Shown piece by piece: positions 55,581 to 64,000 of a stretch of DNA of 64,000 nucleotides; within the stretch, counting starts at the first letter, position 1; every line of letters begins with the position of its first letter. The stretch comes from Eledone cirrhosa (taxonomy: Eukaryota). The notes under the pieces are model-generated. The model made no database searches. It worked only from the letters and a program-made list of their open reading frames with translations, and was not told the DNA's origin. The stretch lies in contig OZ024744.1 of assembly GCA_964016885.1 (NCBI GenBank), forward strand, positions 123,690,001-123,754,000. Direction: 5' to 3'. The translations under genes were made by a program, and so were the position numbers.

Positions 55581-56247
55581 CAATATAAACAGTTTTATAG
55601 ATAAATAGATTCGACATACCGTAATAACACCGACTTGCATTTGGAGAGGTTAAAACAGGCAGTGAGAAAATTTTACACAGAGAGAAAGAAAGAAAAAAAG
55701 AAAAACAGAAAACGAAGAAAAGGAACAAAATAGAGAGATGGAAAGATAGATAAAGAGAAGAACTTCATGTAAAGAAACAGAAAGAGATATATATATATAG
55801 AGAGAGAGGAAATAGAGATAGATACATATATATATATAGAAAATTAGGTAGTGGGAGGTCAGTTCAGTAAATGTATCAATGATACATTTATTTATTTATT
55901 TATTTATTTAGCTCTAGTATTAATGTAAGGGAGATATATATAGAGAGAAAAAAAAATATAGAGAGAGAAAAAATAGCGAGAGAAAAAAATTTAAAAATAG
56001 CCAGATATATTCGAGGCGTAAAAACCCTATGTTTTAATGTATTAGTATTTATAAAACGTCCACTATATTGTAAATATCAGTATTCCTGAATGAGACAAGT
56101 ATCCATAGTGTGTGAAAATTAATTATCTTATGTTTAGTTTTTAAAAAAAATTCATATGTTTATGTGATATCTACAAACATCCACATGATCAACTCTGCAA
56201 ACTCTAAGTTCACGGAAAACATTCTCAATGTGGTATAAAAATTTGAG

Positions 56248-59024
56248 TCATCATCATCATCATCATCATCACCGTTTTACGTCCGTTCTTCCACGCTAGC
56301 ATGGGTTAGACGGGTTGTCCTGTTGTGGGCAGTGTCTGGTCGGCTGACCATGCCTTGCTCATACAGGAACTGATCTGGCTTGATTTCTACAGCTGGATGC
56401 CCTTCCTAACACCAACCTCATTTACAGTGAGTGCTGGGTGCTTTTTCGTGGCGCCTACACGTCCACTTTACAGTGTGGGCTGGGTGCTTTTTTGCCGTGG
56501 CACCTCCACGACCACCTTGCGGTGGGGGGGGGGGCATATTGTTTATATGCTTCAGCATGTACCCATGGGAGGTCGGGTACCCTGTATTACTGCGTGACGC
56601 CAGAAGTCACGGTCGTGTGTCATTGACTTTGAGAGGTGTAGTTGGGTAAGGTCGGCTTTTATCACCTCATCCCAAGTCATCTTGGGTCTCCCCACTCCGC
56701 GGTTTCCATCAACTTCTAGTGCTCTGCACCTTTTTATGCAGCTGTCATCCTTCATACGCATCACATGTCCATACCAGCGTAACCGCCTCTCCTGCACGCA
56801 GCATTTGATTCCTCTTATGCTCAGTCTCTCTCTCAATTCATTTATGCTTTGTCGTTCACGTATATTACTGTTACACATCCATCGGAGCATGCAGGCTTCG
56901 TTTCTCTCTAATCTACGTAAGTCTTCCACCTTCAGCGCCCAGGTCTCACTACCATGCAACATCGCTGTTCGGATACACGCATCATACAGTCTGCCTTTCA
57001 TTCTGAGGGAGAAGCCTTTTGCAGCTAGCAGTGGTAGTAGTTCCCTAAACTTCTTCCATCCCGTTCTTACCCTAGTTATTGTACTTTCTGAGCACCCACC
57101 TCCGTTGCTAATTCGGTCACCTAGGTAGCAGAAGCTGTCTACTGTTTCTACAGAGCCCTCCCAGGGATTGGTGGTACTTGTTTCCTGTGGCTGTTTGCTT
57201 GCTGTTTCAGCACAGCTGCTGCATGTGAATCCTACATTCTTAATTAAGCTTCCTGAGATCCCGCTACATCTCTTGTGTACCCATTGTTTGCATTTGGGGC
57301 AAAGAATGGAGTTCCTACCTACACCTTTCCTACATACTGAGCAAGGCCATTTCCCTGAGGGGATCTGGGTGCTGTTTTCTCGTCTACTTATAAGGACCTT
57401 AGTCTTTGTCATGTTGACTTTGAGGCCCTTTCTCTCTAGTCCCTGCTTCCAGGTTTGGAATTTATTCTCTAGTTCTACCATAGATTCAGCTATGAGTGCG
57501 AGGTCATCAGCATACAGGAGTTCCCATGGGCATCCGGTCTTAAACTCCTCCGTTATTGCCTGCAGGACTATGATGAACAGGAGAGGGCTAAGAACAGAGC
57601 CCTGGTGGACCCCAACCTGTACGCTAAATTCCTCGCTATACTCATTGCCAATCCTAACTTTGCTGACTGCTCCCCTATACATGGCTTGTACCGCTTTCAC
57701 AAGCCATTCATCTACTCCTAGTTTTCTAAGAGCCCACCAGATTACTGCACGTGGAACTCTGTCAAAGGCTTTCTCAAGGTCGACAAATGCCAAGTAGAGT
57801 GGCTTACTTTTAGCTAGGTACTTTTCCTGTAATTGCCTCACAAGGAAGAGCGCATCAGTGGTGCCTTTCCCTGGTACAAACCCAAATTGCATCTCGTCTA
57901 TATTCACCCGGTCCCTAATCAGCTGTGCTATAACTCTTTCTGTTACTTTCATGACCTGGTCCATCAACTTTATACCTCTATAGTTTCCTCTATCTAGTGC
58001 ATCGCCTTTACCTTTGTAGCAGTTGACAATGATGCTACTGCACCAATCTTTTGGTATGGCCCCCTCTAGTATTACCTGGTTAACGATACGTGTGGTTATA
58101 GTGTGACCTACAGACCCAGATGCCTTCAGCATCTCGGCAGCTATACCCGATGGACCGGTTGCCTTCCCTATCTTCATATCTCTGATTGCCTTACTTACTA
58201 CGCTGCCGCTGACTTGTACTGCTGGTCCCTCTATAGGGTCTACGTGGGGTAGGGTCTCTTCTTCCCATGCATTCTCCTCATTTAGTAATCTATCATAATG
58301 ACTCTTCCATGCATCTTTCTTCTCAGCACTTGTGAGGGCAAGCTCACCTTTATCATTCCGGATACACTTCTCTCCAATGACATCACAACTATCTCTGACA
58401 CACTGCCTCGCAATCTTGAATACCTCCTGTTTCTGGTCCTCACGTTGTAAAACATGCTTGAATTTTCTATCCTCTGCTTCCCTCCTAGCTAAGTATACTT
58501 GTCGCCTAGCTTCCCTCTTGGTCTCTATGTAATGTACCCTGCTCCCCCCGTTCTTCCATTCTTTCCATGCCTGTCTCTTGGCCTTGACTGCTTCATCTAC
58601 CTTATTGTTCCACCACCAAGTCACTCTCCTCCTGCTTGAGGTCTTACTCCAGCCACAAACCTCATCCGTCGCCTCTAGTAAGTTATTTTTTAGGAACTCC
58701 CAGTTCTCTTCTACGTTAAATGTCTCTATCTGTTCTTCTTTACTGTCGTAGGCGTTGAGTAAAATATCTTTAAATCTGTTACTGGTTGAGGGGACTTTCA
58801 GCTTCCAGATCTTTCTTCTCCAGGTTGGCCTCTGTTTCAGGGCTCGTCTAGTTCTGACCGTGAGGTCGCTGACAACTAAGCTATGTTGGGATGTACATTC
58901 CTCACTAGGGAAGGCTTTTGTGTTTACGACCGTCCATCTGTCACGTCCTCTGATGAGGATAAAATCTAACTGACTAGAGTGCTCCCCTGATCTATAGGTG
59001 ATCAGGTGGTTGTCGGGTTTTTTA
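56248..59024 (-). mobile_element. RTE family 2, 5'-truncated within APE
   Basis: Open frame, 3' UTR and (ATG)n tail. Confidence 0.92.
56552..58624 (-). CDS. RTE RT domain with internal PHD-like finger (truncated ORF)
   Basis: FVDLEKAFDRV, QGSVLSPLLF, LYADD, CSVC..CPKC..HKRC..CSSC. Confidence 0.88.
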   Translation of the reverse strand: MTWWWNNKVDEAVKAKRQAWKEWKNGGSRVHYIETKREARRQVYLARREAEDRKFKHVLQREDQKQEVFKIARQCVRDSCDVIGEKCIRNDKGELALTSAEKKDAWKSHYDRLLNEENAWEEETLPHVDPIEGPAVQVSGSVVSKAIRDMKIGKATGPSGIAAEMLKASGSVGHTITTRIVNQVILEGAIPKDWCSSIIVNCYKGKGDALDRGNYRGIKLMDQVMKVTERVIAQLIRDRVNIDEMQFGFVPGKGTTDALFLVRQLQEKYLAKSKPLYLAFVDLEKAFDRVPRAVIWWALRKLGVDEWLVKAVQAMYRGAVSKVRIGNEYSEEFSVQVGVHQGSVLSPLLFIIVLQAITEEFKTGCPWELLYADDLALIAESMVELENKFQTWKQGLERKGLKVNMTKTKVLISRRENSTQIPSGKWPCSVCRKGVGRNSILCPKCKQWVHKRCSGISGSLIKNVGFTCSSCAETASKQPQETSTTNPWEGSVETVDSFCYLGDRISNGGGCSESTITRVRTGWKKFRELLPLLAAKGFSLRMKGRLYDACIRTAMLHGSETWALKVEDLRRLERNEACMLRWMCNSNIRERQSINELRERLSIRGIKCCVQERRLRWYGHVMRMKDDSCIKRCRALEVDGNRGVGRPKMTWDEVIKADLTQLHLSKSMTHDRDFWRHAVIQGTRPPMGTC

Positions 59025-59717
59025 AATAATACACATATATGTGTATTATTATTCCTGTCTTTATTCTACAAGATTATCTATCAAGCAGAAATAGAGAGCA
59101 GATTTCAATATACTAATAAAATATATATCAGAAACAAAAACTAAAAAAATAAAAAGATAACAATAATAATAATAATAAGTAATAATAAAATAGAAAACTA
59201 AAAAAATATTACGAAAGAATATTATATATTAAAAATATTACATATTAAAAAATATATTACGTATTAAAAATTTTTTACATATTAAAGATATTAAAAATAA
59301 AAATAAAAAAATATTATAAAATACTACAATAACAAAAAAATAAATAAAAAATAAAAATAAAAATAAACCACAAAGATCAACCCTTCAAAATTAATTGACA
59401 ATATATTGCCAAGTTCATTATAAGACAAAGTTAAAAAATTATCTATCAAATCACATCTAGCAAAGATCAATTCAAAAAGTTTATGATGTCCGAATTGGTC
59501 TACATGTGTTCTTATATTTAATATAGAAGTTTATCTAGTGTAAGGTTTATTCAAAATATTTGGAGCATCAGCTTTTAGGGTAGCTTAATTTTTCATGAGG
59601 AATGTTTAAATAAAAATAAAATAAAAATAAACAATAAAAAAAGAATAAAAAGAAGGAATCAAAAATTTAAGGAATCAAAAATTTATCGGCTAGTTTCACA
59701 TATAAATATGAATCAAA

Positions 59718-60607
59718 CTAAATATACCACATTTTAAATTTAAATTTATATTTAAACGTTGAGTTTAATCTATGTTTGCAACAACTGAATAAATTTGTCC
59801 GTAGATTAAGGGAATTTTTAGATTTTAGTATAAAGAATATCTCCTCTGCGCAGAGGTCACATGTCTCAGAGGATGAATTAAAAGGAATCCCTCTTGAGAC
59901 TATATTCCAAGCCGTCGAATATCTAACGTTATCTAGCTTAAGTTGCCAGAGTACGCCTGATAGTGCCGTTGAAGATTTTTTACTTGGATCTGTGAACGAA
60001 TTCTTGTGGTTATTATAGCGAAGTTTAAATTCCGTCGATGTGGAACCGATGTAGTTAAAAGAATTAGAGTCAGTATTAACATTACAATTGTATACTATAT
60101 TTTTAACTAAGCAGTTGTTATTTAATGGACATTTAGATCTATCTCTACAGTTACATTTGTTAACTTGTATATTATTTATGCTATTATCACTAGGTTTTAA
60201 GTTCCTATTATTTATTCTATTAATATTTTGTGCTAAATTTTTGGTGGATGAGTAGGTTAATTTAATTGTATGCCTATTGAAAATTGAGTGATACCTATGT
60301 GTTCTAGGGAAGCGATTATCAAGAGCTTTGAAAAATAATTTAGCGATGTGGGTTTTAATGTTTAGTGAGAAAGGGGGAGCAAACCAAATTATGTTCCTAG
60401 TTCTATTTCTTTTTTGGCCTTTGGAATTATTGTAATGCTTTCTATTATAGTTGTTAAGGTTGTTGCCGTAATTAAAAAAGTTGTTACTTTGTTTAGTTTG
60501 TCTATCATTATCTATGTACACAATCTTATCAGCATATCCTGCCCTAGCTAATGCTTCATTATAGTATTGGGCCTTTTCGTCGAAAATCTTTCTATTCGAC
60601 GAGATCC

Positions 60608-60608
<1 letters not shown>
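59718..60608 (-). pseudogene. PLE C-terminal fragment (linker plus GIY-YIG), same clade as the 17.4-kb element
   Basis: NIIWFAPPF, CNCRDRSKCPL, NIVY..YIGSTSTEFKLR, CDLCAEE. Confidence 0.85.
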
Positions 60609-60638
<30 letters not shown>

Positions 60639-60712
60639 ATATATATATTTAAAAATATTAAAAAAATAATGAATAAAACAATGAAACAGTTCCTTATATT
60701 AAACAAAAAAAG

Positions 60713-60866
60713 TTCATTATTTAACGATCGTTTCTAGGATATATATGTGTTAGAATTGGCATGCATATTCAACAGATCTATGTACAAAATTATACAAAAT
60801 TATACAAACTATCAAAATTAAATATACATACCAACTCATATATATGCCGTCTTCAGAAATAATGAA
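60713..60866 (-). ncRNA. Type I hammerhead, family H
   Basis: Copy of 49578-49732. Confidence 0.78.
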
Positions 60867-61217
60867 ATATATTTATTGATAATAACAACAATTCAAAATT
60901 ACAGGTCTGTTTGGGAACAGAGTTCAAATTGACCAATGAAAACACAAAAAGTTTATACAGTTAGGTGTATGTATATATGTAAGTAACTTCGTTCACAGAT
61001 ATGCATAAAAATATATATGTCCACATGCATGCGCATGCCGAAAAGATGTATGTAAATACAAAAATTCAGGGCTAATGTCTCTGTATGTTTATAATCTACA
61101 GATAAAATACGTATACGCATATAAACATATAAATATAAAAATAAATATATACACATTCATATACTCACACATATACATACATTCACACACACGCGCGTAT
61201 ACGCATAAACATACACA

Positions 61218-61932
61218 CAATAACCGTAATAGACGAGTTACTTGGTATAATGCTCCATTTAATTTACAAATTAAGGATAATATTGCTAAAAAAATTTTTT
61301 ATATCCTAGAGAAAAACTTCCCGCCAAACCACAAATACCATCAAATCTTAAATAGATCTACAGTTAAATTCTCATACTCAACAACCAATAACATAAAACA
61401 AAATATAAGCGCCTATAATGCATATAAATGTAAGAATACCATAAGTATACCACCAATACATCAAACTAACCATAATATCTCCTCAAATACAGAATTAACG
61501 AAAGGTTGTAACTGTAGAAACAAAGCAAACTGCCCATTAAAAGGAAATTGTCTTGTTAACAACATAGTTTATAAATGTAATGTTAAAACTAAAGATTCTA
61601 TTTGCTCATATATAGGAGCTACTTCTAACAATTTTAAGGTAAGGTTTAATACCCACAAACATAGTTTTAAAAATGCCGCACTGGCTAATACAACATCTCT
61701 AGCAGAAAAAATCAACAGTTATAAAAATAAGAATATAGAATATGATATGACCTGGAGTGTGCTCAAAAGAGCCACCCCTTATCAAAATAATAGAAATGAA
61801 TGTAGATTATGTTCCCAAGAACTATTTGAAATAATGAAATCTAAGGATATCTTATTAAATAAACGACAGGAATTAATTATATCGTGTAATCATAAACTAA
61901 GAAAAACATTTAAATATTATAAACCTAATTAA
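61218..61932 (+). pseudogene. PLE C-terminal fragment (GIY-YIG), preceded by an inverted family H repeat
   Basis: VTWYNAPF, CNCRNKANCPLKGNC, NIVY..YIGATSNNFKVR, CRLCSQE. Confidence 0.85.
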
Positions 61933-62409
61933 TAAAATTATTTTAGAAATTAATATATAATTTAATTTAAATGTTAGTTAACCTATAAATTTAATTTAAT
62001 TAAAATTCTACTACAGATGAGATTATAAAATATTGTGTAATCATAAATTGTGAAAAACTTTTAAATATTACTAATATATACTTCGTAAATTAATTTATAG
62101 ATTTATTTTAATTTATTTAACCTTTTATTAAAATTCCTTTACAGATAAAATATAACAAAATATCGTGTATTCAATGACAGAGAAATATTTTTTAATATTA
62201 TAGACCTAATTATTGTACATTTTAGAAATATATTTATAATTTGGTTTTAATTTGGTTAACCTAAAAATTTAATTTAATTGGCTTAAAATTAAAATCCTAA
62301 TACAGATGGATTGCAGAGTGTCATGTAATCATAGACTGAGATAGGTTTTGGATGTATACCTAGTTAATATATTCTTTGCAATTTTTGAAAAAATATGTAT
62401 ATATATATA

Positions 62410-62456
<47 letters not shown>

Positions 62457-62989
62457 ATATATATATGTGTATATATTAATTTTAATTTCTGTTTACCTAT
62501 AATTATATTCTACTATAGATAAAATACAATATCTGTTTTAATTATTATAAACCTAATTAACATATACTATAGAAATTAATATATAATTTTTAATTTAGTT
62601 AACCTATAATTTATATTCTACTACCGATGTAATACTTTAATTGGTTTTTTTCCCTATTACTAAATTCATTTCCTAATATTGATACCATAACGTTAATAAT
62701 TTTAATTAAGTTATACTATAATTAATACTCTACTACTATTTAACTTCAAAATTCCGCTTCAAATATTATAAACCTAAGTAGTATACACCTTAGAAATCAA
62801 TATAATAACTATCTTTAATTTAGTTAACCTATAATTAATAGTCTACTTATATTAATATGCATAATTTTGCCTTCTGTCTTACATTTCCTAATACTGAAAC
62901 TACTATGTAAACACATATTATGATCTAAATGCAGATTAAATATTCTATGTTTCTTGAAACCTATATTTACTATAATCCCCCCCCCCTAT

Positions 62990-63147
62990 TATTTGCATTT
63001 GTAAGCGTGGATGTATGTATGTATATGTAGGTAGGTATGTATGTTTGGGTGTTTGTATGTGAGTATAAAAATACATATGTGCGCATGTAAATAAGGGTGT
63101 ATGATTGTGTGTGTGTATATATATATATGTATGTATATATATGTATA

Positions 63148-63188
<41 letters not shown>

Positions 63189-63317
63189 CTATGTATTTAT
63201 GTGGGTATATGTGTGTATGTATATGTATGCGCATATGTACGTCTATGTGTATATGTGTGTATGTGTATATATGTACGTATGTGCGCATGTATATGTGAGT
63301 GTGTGTGTATATATATA

Positions 63318-63357
<40 letters not shown>

Positions 63358-63729
63358 GAAGTAATTCCATCGGAAAAGTCCAGGAAAAAAGAGTGCTCTA
63401 TGTAAGCAACAGAGCTTAATTATTATTATTATGTAATAAACAACATAAGGCAATTATTCCATTTACCAGTGGTTTCTTAAAAGCAAAAGGTTTTGCTTTC
63501 AATCCTCAGAATGAAAAATCCTGGTTTGTTTATTGAATATGGATTCTAAAAACGAAAATGCAATCTATATGAAAGTGAGGCTGGAAAAGGGAGAAGGAAA
63601 GGAAAAATAAAATAAAATAAAACTACACATGCAAACACACACAAAAAAACCCAAAAGCATACTTACACACACACACATATATACACATATAATTTGCACG
63701 CATACACATATACACATACACATACATAT

Positions 63730-63782
<53 letters not shown>

Positions 63783-63883
63783 CACATACATACACATATA
63801 TATATATAAAGAGCGTACACCTACACACACATACACATATATATACACATATATACACATACATATATTCATACATACACACG

Positions 63884-63919
<36 letters not shown>

Positions 63920-63941
63920 TATATATACACATGTACATATC

Positions 63942-63985
<44 letters not shown>

Positions 63986-64000
63986 CATATACACACATAT
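62990..64000. repeat. Mixed (TG)n/(TA)n/(CA)n low-complexity region
   Basis: Direct inspection. Confidence 0.85.

Noticed and set aside
59025-59050. 26-bp palindrome at the RTE/PLE junction
   Set aside because: Short, AT-rich and centred on a TA run, so uninformative on its own.

Overview
Eukaryotic, gene-free window with no recognisable host gene. The SINE and LINE families suggest an invertebrate, probably an octopus-like cephalopod (inference). Roughly half of the window is (TA)n/(TATG)n microsatellite, and almost everything between the tracts is retroelement DNA inserted into them. LINEs: a 5'-truncated Tx1/L1-clade element, a CR1-group element, and eight copies of two RTE families, one of them with an intact APE-RT ORF carrying an internal PHD-type finger. 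Other elements: a tRNA-type SINE, a bipartite non-autonomous RTE derivative, one full-length Penelope-like element (RT plus C-terminal GIY-YIG, with pseudo-LTRs) and three PLE fragments. The layer the ORF track misses is about two dozen type I hammerhead ribozyme motifs from about 10 sequence families, found by eye. Most have a family-specific palindromic helix III, several have greatly extended stem II, and they sit in pseudo-LTRs, fold-back palindromes and an ORF-less 457-bp tandem array that resembles a retrozyme (circRNA) element. All Y/I/M/C/V/H/T-rich ORFs are microsatellite artefacts. Folds were assigned manually and are untested.
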